Shown here piece after piece: positions 8,264 to 18,389 of a stretch of 64,000 nucleotides of DNA. A program made the position numbers and the translations under genes. Origin of the DNA: Acidobacteriota bacterium (GTDB lineage Bacteria > Acidobacteriota > UBA4820 > DSQY01); contig JBMFSH010000006.1 in NCBI GenBank assembly GCA_049967655.1, forward strand, positions 57,791-121,790. The letters run 5' to 3'. Under the pieces are notes generated by a model that was not told where the DNA came from, made no database searches, and saw nothing but the letters and a program-made list of their open reading frames with translations. Each line of letters begins with the position of its first letter. The first letter of the stretch is position 1.

Positions 8264-8697
8264 CGTGCTTTCCCCCGTTCAGAAAAGGCCACGGCCCGTC
8301 CGGGCCTGGCCGAATGCCATACTCTGGCTACTCATAGGTTCATGATAGCCTCCCGCGAGGGTTCGTGCAAACGGACCGTTTGGAACTGGCTCGGGCTTCC
8401 AATCCGGGGAGGTTGGGAGATGAGGCCCAAGAGAACCCCGCCCGGCGGGCCTCCGGCCTCGATCCAGTGGAGGTCCTGAGGGAGGTGAGGGCGGGGCCCC
8501 GCGGAGGACTGCGCATCGGTAAACCCCTGAAGGGGGGCATCATCACCTTCCCGGGTGCTTTGCGCCCCCCACCGGCGGGGAGGGTGCAAGGGGGTGACAT
8601 TTCTCGCCGGACGCGGTAAGGTTCCAACGTTGGGGTGCGGGGTCCCGGGGGTCCGGTGCCGTTGGTGCGCAAGCCCCGAGAAGGAGCGCGTTGCGCC

Positions 8698-9189
8698 ATG
8701 TCCGAACCCATGAAGATCGCCCAGGATTGCGTGGTCACCATCGACTACATCCTCACCGACGACGCCGGCGCCGTCATCGACAGCAGCTCGGACGGCGAGC
8801 CCCTCACCTACCTCCACGGCCACTCCCAGATCATCCCCGGCCTCGAAAAGGCGCTCGAGGGGAAGGTCAAGGGCGAGAAACACCAGATGCACGTCCCAGC
8901 CGCCGAAGGTTACGGCGACCACGACCCCGAGAAGGTCTTCACCGAGCCGCGCGACCGCTTCGACTTCGAGGTGGAGCCAGGCCAGATCCTCCAGGCCCAC
9001 AGCGAGGACGGCGAGACCCTCACCTTCCAGGTCGTCGAGGTCAGCGACCAGGGGGTGAAGCTCGACGGAAACCATCCCTTGGCCGGAAAGAACCTCAACT
9101 TCGACGTGACCGTCATCGAGGTCCGCGCCGCCGCCGCCGAGGAGCTGGAGCACGGCCACGCCCACTCGGGCGACGGCCACCACCACTGA
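8698..9189 (+). CDS. slyD: FKBP-type peptidyl-prolyl isomerase SlyD
   Basis: PLTYLHG..QIIPGLEKALEG, DGNHPLAGK.L.F.V, His-rich tail. Confidence 0.95.
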   Translation: MSEPMKIAQDCVVTIDYILTDDAGAVIDSSSDGEPLTYLHGHSQIIPGLEKALEGKVKGEKHQMHVPAAEGYGDHDPEKVFTEPRDRFDFEVEPGQILQAHSEDGETLTFQVVEVSDQGVKLDGNHPLAGKNLNFDVTVIEVRAAAAEELEHGHAHSGDGHHH

Positions 9190-9200
9190 GGGAGCCCGCG

Positions 9201-9995
9201 ATGAGCGCCCAGCCCTTGCGCATCCCCTTCTACCAGGTGGACGCCTTCACGAGCCGCCTTTTCGGGGGCAACCCGGCGGGCGTCTGCCTGCTGGAGAGCT
9301 GGCTCCCCGCGGAGGTCATGCAGGCCGTCGCCGCCGAGAACAACCTCTCGGAGACGGCCTTCCTCGTGAAGGAGGGCGACGCCTGGGGCCTGCGCTGGTT
9401 CACCCCCGAGGTGGAGGTGGACCTGTGCGGCCATGCCACCCTGGCGAGCGGCTTCGTGTTGCTGAAGGTCCTGCGCGAGGCGGCGGGCACGGTGCGCTTC
9501 TCCACCCAGAGCGGCCCCCTCGCCGTGAAGGAGGAGGGGGACCTCCTCTCCATGGACTTCCCCTCCCGGCCGGGCGAGCCCTGCCAGGCTCCCCCGCGCC
9601 TCCTGGAGGGGATCGGCCTCGCCGCCGCGGAGGTGAGGCGCTCGCGGGACTACCTGGTGGTGGTGGAGAGCGAGGAGCAGGTCCGGGGGCTGAAGCCCGA
9701 CATGGCCATGCTCGCGGGCCTGGAGGCCCTGGGGATCATTCTGACGGCCCCGGGACGCACCTGCGACTTCGTCTCGCGCTTTTTCGCCCCCGGTGCCGGC
9801 GTCCCGGAGGACCCGGTTACCGGCTCGGCCCACTGCACCCTCGTCCCCTACTGGTCCCGCCGCCTGGGGAAGAAGCGGCTGCACGCCCTCCAGGTCTCCG
9901 CCCGAGGCGGCGAGCTCTTCTGTGAAGACCGCGGCGAGAGGGTCTCCATCGCAGGAACCGCCGCCCTCTACCTCCAGGGCCACATCCTGCTCTGA
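9201..9995 (+). CDS. PhzF-family isomerase/epimerase
   Basis: QVDAFT...GGNPAGV, NLSETAF, EVDLCGHATLA, EDPVTGSAHC. Confidence 0.93.
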   Translation: MSAQPLRIPFYQVDAFTSRLFGGNPAGVCLLESWLPAEVMQAVAAENNLSETAFLVKEGDAWGLRWFTPEVEVDLCGHATLASGFVLLKVLREAAGTVRFSTQSGPLAVKEEGDLLSMDFPSRPGEPCQAPPRLLEGIGLAAAEVRRSRDYLVVVESEEQVRGLKPDMAMLAGLEALGIILTAPGRTCDFVSRFFAPGAGVPEDPVTGSAHCTLVPYWSRRLGKKRLHALQVSARGGELFCEDRGERVSIAGTAALYLQGHILL

Positions 9996-10023
9996 AGCCG
10001 AAGGGCGCAGGGGGTTGACCAAC

Positions 10024-10046
10024 CGCGCCCTGGAGAGCGCTCCTAC
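10024..10046 (-). repeat. Single GTAG-type REP-like palindrome
   Basis: Minus strand GTAG-GA-GCGCTCT-CC-AGGGCGC-G, between convergent genes. Confidence 0.35.
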
Positions 10047-10086
10047 AGCGGCGGCCCCCCGGCGGGATTGTAGAAACAGCCCCTCC

Positions 10087-11718
10087 CTACAAGATGAAGT
10101 CTGTGGAGATGAAGTTGGAGTGGTGATCCCGCACGATATCCTCCACGATGGCCTTGTTCGGCTCCGTGGTCTTGGCCGCCACGAGGGTCCGGATGGAGAA
10201 GACCCTCAGCGCGTCCGACACGGAGAGCGTCCCCTCCGCCGAATCCTTCCTTCCGCAGAAGGGGAAGGTGTCCGGCCCCCGCTGGCACTGGCTGTTGATG
10301 TTCACGCGGCAGACCTGGTTCACCAGCGGATCCACCAGCCTCCCGATGACCTCCGGGTCGCTGCCGAACAGGCTGACTTGCTGGCCGTAGTTCGAGTCGA
10401 TGACGTAGCGGATGGGCCTCTCGATGTCGTCGAAGGCGGCCACCGGGATGATCGGCCCGAACTGCTCCTCGTGATAGACGCGCATGGTCTCGTTCACCGG
10501 GTAGAGCACGGCGGGATGGAAGAAGGTGCCCGCCACGGCGCCGCCTCCGGGGTTCATCACCTTGGCCCCCTTGGCCTCGGCGTCCTCCACCAGTTCGCGG
10601 AGGTAGCGCGTCTTGTCCACTTCGGGCATGGGCGTCACCCTGACCCCCTCCTCCCAGGGCATTCCCATCTTGAGATCCGTCACGGCGCGGGAGAGCTTGT
10701 CCAGGAAGACGCCCGCGATCTCCGAGTGCACCCAAAACATCTTGAGGGCCGTGCAGCGCTGGCCGTTGTAAGAGAGGGCGCCGAGAACGCACTCGGGGAC
10801 GGTGAGCTCCAGGTCGGCGTCCCTGAGGATGATGGCAGCGTTCTTCGCCTCAAGCCCCAGCACGCTCCGAAGCCGGTGGGGCTTGGGGTGCTGCTTCTTC
10901 AGCAGGTCCGCCGCCCGGCTGGAGCCGATGAAGGCCAGCACGTCCACCTTCCCCGTGCCCATCAGGGGATGGACCACCTGCTGACCGCGCCCGAAGACCG
11001 TGTTCACGACGCCCCGGGGGAAGGAGTCCCGGAAGGCCTCCAGCAGAGGGAAGTGCAGCAGGACTCCCAGGCGCGGCGGCTTGAAGATCACCGCATTTCC
11101 CATGATGAGGGCCGGGATGAGCGTGGTGAAGGTCTCGTTGAGGGGGTAGTTGTGCGGCCCCATGCAGAGCACCACGCCCAGGGGACCGCGGCGGATCTGG
11201 CCGATGATCCCCTTCTGGATCACGAAGCGGGAGGAGACCCGGTCCAGCTCCTTGAGGGCGTCCACCGTGTCGCGAATGTACTCGACCGTGCGGTCGAACT
11301 CGTTGGCGGCGTCCGCGTGTGTCTTGGCGATCTCCCACATGAGGAGCTTCACCACCTCGTCCCGCTTCTCACGCATTCGGAAGGTGAACTCCTCCACATA
11401 CTTGATACGCTGGCGCACGGACATGGTGGGCCAGAGGCCTCGCCCGTGGTCGTAAGCGCGCACGGCCGCCTCCAGCGCCTCCAGCGAGGTCGCTTCGTCC
11501 ATGAGCGGGTAGCGCCCCAGCAGCTTCTGGTCCAGCGCCTCGCCGTCCCGAATGCATACCGGCGAGAGGACGTCCCGCATCGGGCCCTCCCAACGGCGCA
11601 GCTCGCCGTCCACCAGGTACCGGTCGCACACCACGGGGCCATCCAGGCTGAACTCCGCGGGCACCTCGCCAGCGGTCGGGAACATCCGCCGGATTTTCTC
11701 TTCGAATTCCATGACCAT
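10087..11718 (-). CDS. gapN: Aldehyde dehydrogenase family, NADP-dependent glyceraldehyde-3-phosphate dehydrogenase-like
   Basis: GP.NYPLNE, FIGS, LGLEAKN, NGQRCTA, EEQFGP, QRGPDTFPF.GRKDS. Confidence 0.8.
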   Translation of the reverse strand: MVMEFEEKIRRMFPTAGEVPAEFSLDGPVVCDRYLVDGELRRWEGPMRDVLSPVCIRDGEALDQKLLGRYPLMDEATSLEALEAAVRAYDHGRGLWPTMSVRQRIKYVEEFTFRMREKRDEVVKLLMWEIAKTHADAANEFDRTVEYIRDTVDALKELDRVSSRFVIQKGIIGQIRRGPLGVVLCMGPHNYPLNETFTTLIPALIMGNAVIFKPPRLGVLLHFPLLEAFRDSFPRGVVNTVFGRGQQVVHPLMGTGKVDVLAFIGSSRAADLLKKQHPKPHRLRSVLGLEAKNAAIILRDADLELTVPECVLGALSYNGQRCTALKMFWVHSEIAGVFLDKLSRAVTDLKMGMPWEEGVRVTPMPEVDKTRYLRELVEDAEAKGAKVMNPGGGAVAGTFFHPAVLYPVNETMRVYHEEQFGPIIPVAAFDDIERPIRYVIDSNYGQQVSLFGSDPEVIGRLVDPLVNQVCRVNINSQCQRGPDTFPFCGRKDSAEGTLSVSDALRVFSIRTLVAAKTTEPNKAIVEDIVRDHHSNFISTDFIL

Positions 11719-12097
11719 GGACCTCCTTTCGGGCTGTCAGTCCCCTTCCCTATCGTCCTCTACCATAGAGCATCCTCGCACCCGCTTCCACCCGGCCCCC
11801 GTTCAGAGCCCTTTCGTTTCATCCGGCATCCTCCCCGCACGGCCCGCCGCGCTGAGGGTTCCGGTCCCGCGGGATAGGCCGCGCGGTGATCGTCCCGTTA
11901 CCAATTTGTTACAGGATGTCTCATGAAGGTTCCAAACCAAGGGGGCGCCCGCTTCCGAGGAGAGCGGAGATGGATTGAATCCAAGACGGCTTTCTCTCTT
12001 CAAGCTGATGATCATTCCTTCCCCACGGTCCCGGTCCGCGACGACTTGGCAGGGCTCTTGCTGGCTAGCAACTATTTCGCGTTGTTGGAGGTGTGAG

Positions 12098-14179
12098 GTG
12101 GTGCCCAGGCGCAAGGCCCCGGATTCGAAGGCCCGCGATGAAGGCGGCTTCGCCCGCCTGGTCGTGGAGCGCTTCCCTCTCTCCGCCGTGGTGCTCGACG
12201 AGGAGGGTCTCATCCTCTACGCCTCCCCCGGCTCGGAACGCCTGTTCGGGCACACGGCGGATGAGCTGCTGGGCCGGCGCTTCACCGATTTCCTGCCGCC
12301 GGAGGACATCCTGGAGTGGATCCGCGTAACCGCCGAGGGCGTCGCCGGCAGGTGCATCCGCCACCGGATCGTGGCGGCGGACCGCAAGTGGATCGAGATC
12401 GAGTCCACCCCCGCGGAAGCCGGCCCAGGCCAAGCGCCCGCGCACGTCCTGGTCTTTTCGAGGGAGGCCCGACCGTCGGTAGCAGCGCCCGGCGAGGGTC
12501 CGCAGTGGCTGCTGAGCGCCATCGAGCAGCTCGAAGAGTCGGTCCTGATCACCGACCTGGAGGGCACCATCGAATACGTCAACGCCGCCTTCGAGCGGGT
12601 GACGGGCTACACGCGGCAGGAGGTCATCGGCAAAACCCCCAGGATTCTAAAGTCGGGCCACCACGATGAGGCCATATACGACAAGCTCTGGAAGACCCTT
12701 CAGGCCGGCGAATCTTACCGAGGCGTGATGATCAACCGGAGAAAGGATGGCACGATCTACCACGAGGAGAAGACCATTTCCCCCGTGCGCGACCGCTCGG
12801 GCGCCATCCACCATTTCTTGGCCACGGGAGTGGATGTCACCCAGAGACGGATGGCCGAGGAGCAGCTCCAGCACGACGCCCTCCACGATCCCCTCACGGG
12901 GCTTCCTAACCGAACGCTCTTTTTAGATCGGCTGGGGCTGGCCATGGCAAGAGCCCAGCGCTACGCGGAGTACCGGTTCGGCATCCTTTTCGTGGACCTG
13001 GACCGGTTCAAGCTCATCAACGACAGCATGGGGCACCTCTCGGGCGACGAACTCCTGATGGAGGTCTCCAGCCGCCTAGTTCGCTGCTTGCGGTCCTCGG
13101 ACACGGTGGCCCGGCTGGGAGGCGACGAGTTCGCCGTGCTGCTGGACAACATCCCCAACGTGGAGACGGCCGTGCACTTCGCCGAGCGGATCCATGAACA
13201 GATCGCCGAGCCCTGTCGGCTGAGCGGGCACGAGGTGTACAGCAGCGGGAGCATCGGCGTCGCCTTCTGGGCGCCCCACTACGAGAGGCCCGACGAGATG
13301 ATCCGCGACGCGGACACGGCCATGTACGAGGCCAAGCGCCAAGGGCGGGGCTGCCACGCGGTCTTTGACCACGCCATGCGCACGAAGGTTTTGCGGCTGC
13401 TCGAGGTGGAGACGGACCTCCGCCAGGCGGTGGCGGACAAGCGCCTGGCCATGTTCTACCAGCCCATCGTGGACCTGGGGTCGGGGGACCTGGTCGGCTT
13501 CGAGGCGCTCCTGAGGTGGCGCCACCCGGAGCACGGGGTGGTGACCCCGGGCCACTTCCTGGAGGTGGCCGAGGAGAACGGCCTGATCCTGCCCATCGGG
13601 CAGTTCACCATCCGGGAGGCGGCCCGGCACCTGCGGCTCTTGCAGGACCAGCGCCGCGGGGAGCCGCCCCTGGTCATGTGCATCAACCTCTCCACCTCGC
13701 AGTTCGCCCAGCGGGACCTTGCGGAGCAACTCCGCCAGGCCGCCTCCGAATTCCGGCTCGATCCGAGCTGGCTACGGCTGGAGATCACCGAGAGCACGCT
13801 CCTCCACCACAGCCACGTGGCGGACGCCACCCTCTCGCAGCTCAAGGCGCACAACCTGCGCCTCTGCGTCGACGACTTCGGGACGGGCTACGCCTCGCTG
13901 AGCAACCTCCGCCGCTACCCCATCGACGCCGTGAAGATCGACCACTCTTTCGTTGGCACCATGTGCGAGGACGAAGGCAACCGCGATTTCGTCCGGACCA
14001 CCATCACCTTGGCGAAGACGCTCAAGATGCAGGCGGTGGCCGTTGGCATCGAGAGGCCGGACCAGATCGACATGCTACGCTCCATGGGATGCCCGTACGG
14101 GCAGGGCTACTACTTCGCCCGACCCATGGAGGAGGAGGACTCGGTGGCGTTCCTACAGTCCCTCCCCGGCCCTAACTAG
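12098..14179 (+). CDS. PAS-PAS-GGDEF-EAL c-di-GMP signalling protein
   Basis: Two PAS-like domains, D.LTGLPNR, DLDRFK..ND..GH, RLGGDEF, EALLRW, DDFGTGY; start chosen at GTG after GGAGG. Confidence 0.92.
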   Translation: MVPRRKAPDSKARDEGGFARLVVERFPLSAVVLDEEGLILYASPGSERLFGHTADELLGRRFTDFLPPEDILEWIRVTAEGVAGRCIRHRIVAADRKWIEIESTPAEAGPGQAPAHVLVFSREARPSVAAPGEGPQWLLSAIEQLEESVLITDLEGTIEYVNAAFERVTGYTRQEVIGKTPRILKSGHHDEAIYDKLWKTLQAGESYRGVMINRRKDGTIYHEEKTISPVRDRSGAIHHFLATGVDVTQRRMAEEQLQHDALHDPLTGLPNRTLFLDRLGLAMARAQRYAEYRFGILFVDLDRFKLINDSMGHLSGDELLMEVSSRLVRCLRSSDTVARLGGDEFAVLLDNIPNVETAVHFAERIHEQIAEPCRLSGHEVYSSGSIGVAFWAPHYERPDEMIRDADTAMYEAKRQGRGCHAVFDHAMRTKVLRLLEVETDLRQAVADKRLAMFYQPIVDLGSGDLVGFEALLRWRHPEHGVVTPGHFLEVAEENGLILPIGQFTIREAARHLRLLQDQRRGEPPLVMCINLSTSQFAQRDLAEQLRQAASEFRLDPSWLRLEITESTLLHHSHVADATLSQLKAHNLRLCVDDFGTGYASLSNLRRYPIDAVKIDHSFVGTMCEDEGNRDFVRTTITLAKTLKMQAVAVGIERPDQIDMLRSMGCPYGQGYYFARPMEEEDSVAFLQSLPGPN

Positions 14180-14234
14180 AGCGGAAACGGCCTCGCGCCA
14201 GCGGCGAGCCGCGCTCCGCCCAGCCCTGCTGCCA

Positions 14235-16949
14235 TCACATCGGCGCCCCCTCGGGGCTCACGAGTGCAGGCTCCGGAAACCCGGCCGCCTTGAGCTGCGG
14301 CAGGACCGCCGCCTTATCGCCCACCAGCACCACCAGAAGCTTGCTCCAGTCGAAGAGGCCCGAGGCCGCGGTCGCATTGATGCCGGAGAGATCCAGGCGG
14401 TCCAGCGCCGCGATCTCCCGACCCACCGAATCCAGGGGACGGCCGTCGGCAATGATCTCCCCGAGGGTCTCCGACAGGTCCGAAGCGGTGGCCGCCGAGC
14501 TCACACGGTCGAAGCGGACAGTCCGGGCGGCCTTCGTGAGCTCATCGGCGGTGACGTCGCCCGAGGCGATGGCGTCGAACTCGCGCTTGAACTCCGCCAG
14601 CGCCGCCCCCGTCACGGCGGTCTGAACCGACGACGAGGCTCCCAGCATGAACTGGTCGGCCTCCCGCCACAGGCTGCTGCGAGCGCCATAGGAGTAGCCG
14701 TGCTTCTCGCGGATGTTCTGCATGAGGCGGCTCGTGAAGGCGCCTCCGAAGAGGGTGTTGAGGCTGTCCCTCAGCGCCTCTCCATCGGCCCCGGCGGAGG
14801 CCGCCACCGGGCGCATCATGGTGAGAACCGTTTGAGGTGCCCCGGGGCGGTCCACCAGCACGAGCCTCCCGGATGGCGGTTGGATCAGCGGCTCCGGAGG
14901 GGAGGGGAGTTCCTCGGCCGGTGGTCGCCAGCCACCGAGGCGCTGGTCTAGGGCCGCCCTGAGCGCTTCGGGATGGAAGTCTCCGACGAAAACGAGGCTC
15001 GCGCCGGAGGCACGAAGCAGGCGCGGCAGGTACTCTCTCACGTCTTTCAGCTCGATGGCCCGCACCGTCGCCGCGTAGCCCGCCCTGGGGCGCCCGCGGG
15101 GGTCGTCCCTGCCGAAGATGATGGCCCGCGACGCCATGACGGCCACGACCTCGGGCCGTTCCACCCTGGATCGGATGCCGGCTAGCGCGAGCTCCTTCTC
15201 CCGCGAGAAGTCCTTCTCCGAGAGCGCGGGCCGGAGCACCACGTCGGCGAAGAGATCGAGCGTGGGAGCGAGTTTCGAGGAGAGTCCGTCGACCCTCACG
15301 GTGAAGGCGTGCCAGCTGCTCCCCGCTTCGATGGACGCCCCGAGCGAGGCGGCCGCCTCGGCAAAGCCCTCGGCGTCCAGGGAGCCCGCGCCGTCGGCCA
15401 GGAGGGACGCGGTGAGTGCTGCGAGGCCGGCTTTCTCCTTGGGAACGAGCCTCTCCCCGCCGTTCACCACGAGCAACCCCGAGAAGAGCCCGGTCCCTGG
15501 GCGGCTCACCACGTAGAGCTTCATCCCGTTGGCGAGGGTCATGGCCTCAGGCACCGGGGGATGGACCGGGGCGGGAAGGAAATCGGCCGGGCGCCGGGAG
15601 AGGTCCGCGCCGGAGCTCGCCGCCCCCCCTGGCAGGATGCGCAGGTCCAGCCTGCCCTCCCCGAACACCTTGCAGGCCCAGCTCTTCATCGAATCGGCGC
15701 TGGCGGAGGTGGTGGCGGCTAGGTCGCGCCGGAAGCCGTCGGGATCGCCGAAGGCGTGGTAGTAGGCGTTGAGCATGTCCGCCCGCTCCTGCAGCTCCTC
15801 CACCCTCCGCAGAAAGTGCGACTCCGCCGAGGCCTTCACCCGCTCCAGCTCGGCCCGGGTCGGTCCCTCCCGTTTGTAGCGATCCAGCTCCTCCAGGACG
15901 GTCCTTTTGATCCGCTCCAGGTCGGCCCCTTCGGCGGCCCGAACCTGCACCGTGAACTCCGAGCCCAAATCTCTGGAGTGTTGGTAAACCGCCACGCTCT
16001 GCGCGGTCCGGTCCTGGAGAACCAGCCGCTGGTAGAGGCGGCCGGCGTTGTCGGCCGACAGGACGGCTGCCGTCAGGTTCATCTCGGCGTCGCCGGGATC
16101 GAAGGCCCTCGGCGAAGGCCAGACCAGCCAGAGCATGGGGTAGCGGACCTCGTCCGTGGCCATGCGACGGATCTCCCGGTCCAGCACCACGGGGGCCGCC
16201 GAGCGGTGTTCGGGGAGCGGCTGGGCCGGTACGGCGCCGAAGGTCTCCGCGATGATCCTCTTCGCGGCCGCCCGCTCGAAGTCTCCGGCCACGACCAGGC
16301 TGGCGTTTCCGGGGACGTAATAGGTGGCAAAGAACTCCTTGACGTCTTTCAAGGTGGCCGCCTCCAGGTCCTCGTGGCTCCCGATGACCGGGTGGCGGTA
16401 GGGGTGGCCCTCGGGGTAGAGGGCCTCAGGGATCATGAGCCACGCCTTGGCGTACGGCTGGTTCTCGTAGCTCTGCCGGCGTTCGTTGCGGACCACGCTG
16501 CGCTGGAGATCCAGCTTCTCCTGGGTCATGGCCTTGCCCAGGCCCTCCATGCGGTCCGCCTCCAGCCAGAGAAGAGTCGGAAGCAGAGTGCTCGGGCCCC
16601 AGCTGTAGTAATTGGTGCGGTCCTCGGCGGTGGAGGCGTTATTGGCCCCGCCCCCGCCCTCCATGATCCGGTCGAACTGGCCCCGCGGCACCCGATCGGT
16701 ACCCATGAACATGAGGTGCTCGAAGAGGTGGGCGAAGCCCGTCCGGCCCTTCACCTCGTCTTTGGCCCCCACGGCGTACCATAGGTTGACGGCCACCTGA
16801 GGCAGGCGGTGATCCTCATGGAGGATGACCGTGAGGCCGTTGGGCAGCGTGTAGGTCTCCGCCGGAACGTCCTGGGACCGGACCGGCCGGGCGATCCCCA
16901 GAGCCACCATCACCAAGCCCGCGCAGAACAACCCGAGGTGCTTCCGCAT
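14235..16949 (-). CDS. Secreted M16 (insulinase/pitrilysin) zinc peptidase
   Basis: Signal peptide, GFAHLFEHLMF inverted zincin motif, NASTA.DRTNY, second half with IREK.GYSYG. Confidence 0.92.
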   Translation of the reverse strand: MRKHLGLFCAGLVMVALGIARPVRSQDVPAETYTLPNGLTVILHEDHRLPQVAVNLWYAVGAKDEVKGRTGFAHLFEHLMFMGTDRVPRGQFDRIMEGGGGANNASTAEDRTNYYSWGPSTLLPTLLWLEADRMEGLGKAMTQEKLDLQRSVVRNERRQSYENQPYAKAWLMIPEALYPEGHPYRHPVIGSHEDLEAATLKDVKEFFATYYVPGNASLVVAGDFERAAAKRIIAETFGAVPAQPLPEHRSAAPVVLDREIRRMATDEVRYPMLWLVWPSPRAFDPGDAEMNLTAAVLSADNAGRLYQRLVLQDRTAQSVAVYQHSRDLGSEFTVQVRAAEGADLERIKRTVLEELDRYKREGPTRAELERVKASAESHFLRRVEELQERADMLNAYYHAFGDPDGFRRDLAATTSASADSMKSWACKVFGEGRLDLRILPGGAASSGADLSRRPADFLPAPVHPPVPEAMTLANGMKLYVVSRPGTGLFSGLLVVNGGERLVPKEKAGLAALTASLLADGAGSLDAEGFAEAAASLGASIEAGSSWHAFTVRVDGLSSKLAPTLDLFADVVLRPALSEKDFSREKELALAGIRSRVERPEVVAVMASRAIIFGRDDPRGRPRAGYAATVRAIELKDVREYLPRLLRASGASLVFVGDFHPEALRAALDQRLGGWRPPAEELPSPPEPLIQPPSGRLVLVDRPGAPQTVLTMMRPVAASAGADGEALRDSLNTLFGGAFTSRLMQNIREKHGYSYGARSSLWREADQFMLGASSSVQTAVTGAALAEFKREFDAIASGDVTADELTKAARTVRFDRVSSAATASDLSETLGEIIADGRPLDSVGREIAALDRLDLSGINATAASGLFDWSKLLVVLVGDKAAVLPQLKAAGFPEPALVSPEGAPM

Positions 16950-17156
16950 CTTCCCCTCCTCCCCTATCGGCATGATGGGCATTCCCCCGTTCCCTTAGCC
17001 CCGGGCCAGGACCAACCGCCCAGGAAGGCGCGGCGATCCCGTGCGGGGCCGTCCCCCCACAGGCTTCATACGGGACCGCGGCGCGCCGGGTTTATCGCGC
17101 CCTCTCCCTCCAGCTCCTCCGCCCTCAGCAGACCGTGGGTGTCGTGGGACAGGAAA

Positions 17157-17196
17157 TTCAAAGGCCGCCCGCGTCCCAGCGCGAGCGGCCTTTGAA
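17157..17196 (-). terminator. Hairpin terminator downstream of serC
   Basis: TTCAAAGGCCGC.CGCG...CGCG.GCGGCCTTTGAA inverted repeat just after the serC stop. Confidence 0.6.
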
Positions 17197-17209
17197 GGTG
17201 GTGACGTCG

Positions 17210-18307
17210 TCAGCCGTTCTTCCGCACGAACTCTTCCATAAAGGAGACGAGGGTTTCGATCTGGGGCACGGTGACGGCGTTGTACATGGAGACGCGGATG
17301 CCGCCCAGGTCGCGGTAGCCCTTGAGGCCCACCATGCCGTTCTGCTTGGCCTCGGTGATGAACTTCGCCGTGAGCTCCTCGGTGGGGAGGAAGAAGTCCA
17401 CGTTCATGGCGGAGCGGTCCTCCTTGACGGTTACCCACGGCCTGTAGAACCCCGAGTGCCGGTCGATGCACCCGTAGAGGAGCTCGGCCTTCTTGAGGTT
17501 GTTCTTGTAGATGACGGCCAGTCCGCCGATCTCCTTGTTGTAGGCGAGGACGTTTCGGAGGATGTAGATGGAGAAACAGGGCGGCGTATTGAAGAGGCTG
17601 TTTTTCTCAGCGTGGATCTTGTAGCGGAGCATGGTGGGAAGCTTGTCGCTGCACATCTCTAGAAAATCGTCCCGGATGAGCGCCAGCACCAGCCCGGAGG
17701 GACCGAGGTTCTTCTGGGCTCCGGCGTAGATGAAGCCGAAGGGCTTCACGTCGAAGGGACGCCACATCATGTCCGAGGACATATCGGCCGCCAGAGGAAT
17801 GCCGCCGGTCTCGGGAAACGTCTTCCACTGGGTGCCGTAGATGGTGTTGTTCGAACAGAAGTGGACGTAGGCCGCGTCGGGGTTGACCTTGATCTCCTCG
17901 GGACGCGGTAGGCGGCAGAACTTCTCGCTCTCCGTGGAGGCGATGCAGCGGGCGTTATCCCCGGCTACGATGACGGCCTCCTTGTAGGCCTTCTTGGCCC
18001 AGGAGCCGGTAACGATGTAGTCCGCTTTGCGCCCCGAGTGGAGGATGTTCATGGGCAGCATGGCGAACTGCATGTTGCCCCCGCCCTGGAGGAAGAGGAC
18101 CTTGTAATTGTCGGGGACGTTGAGGAGCTCCTTGACGAGAGCGATGGCCTCGTTATGCACCGCGTCGTACTCCTTGGCGCGGTGGGAGATCTCCATCACC
18201 GACATGCCCGTGCCTTCGAAGTCCAGCATCTCCGCCTGGGCCCGTTCGAGGGCCGGAAGCGGCAGGCCCGCAGGACCAGCGTAGAAATTGATCACCCGTT
18301 TGGCCAT
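17210..18307 (-). CDS. serC: Phosphoserine aminotransferase
   Basis: NFYAGPA.LP, SVMEISHR, FLQGG, GAQKNLGP, NTPP, GGIR.S.YNA. Confidence 0.96.
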   Translation of the reverse strand: MAKRVINFYAGPAGLPLPALERAQAEMLDFEGTGMSVMEISHRAKEYDAVHNEAIALVKELLNVPDNYKVLFLQGGGNMQFAMLPMNILHSGRKADYIVTGSWAKKAYKEAVIVAGDNARCIASTESEKFCRLPRPEEIKVNPDAAYVHFCSNNTIYGTQWKTFPETGGIPLAADMSSDMMWRPFDVKPFGFIYAGAQKNLGPSGLVLALIRDDFLEMCSDKLPTMLRYKIHAEKNSLFNTPPCFSIYILRNVLAYNKEIGGLAVIYKNNLKKAELLYGCIDRHSGFYRPWVTVKEDRSAMNVDFFLPTEELTAKFITEAKQNGMVGLKGYRDLGGIRVSMYNAVTVPQIETLVSFMEEFVRKNG

Positions 18308-18389
18308 GCATTTCTCCTTCGGGAAGTCGAACCGGTCGGCCGTGGGGCAAGGATTTTTCCGCTCGCCGCCGGGCCGCTGTCTCGTCTGT

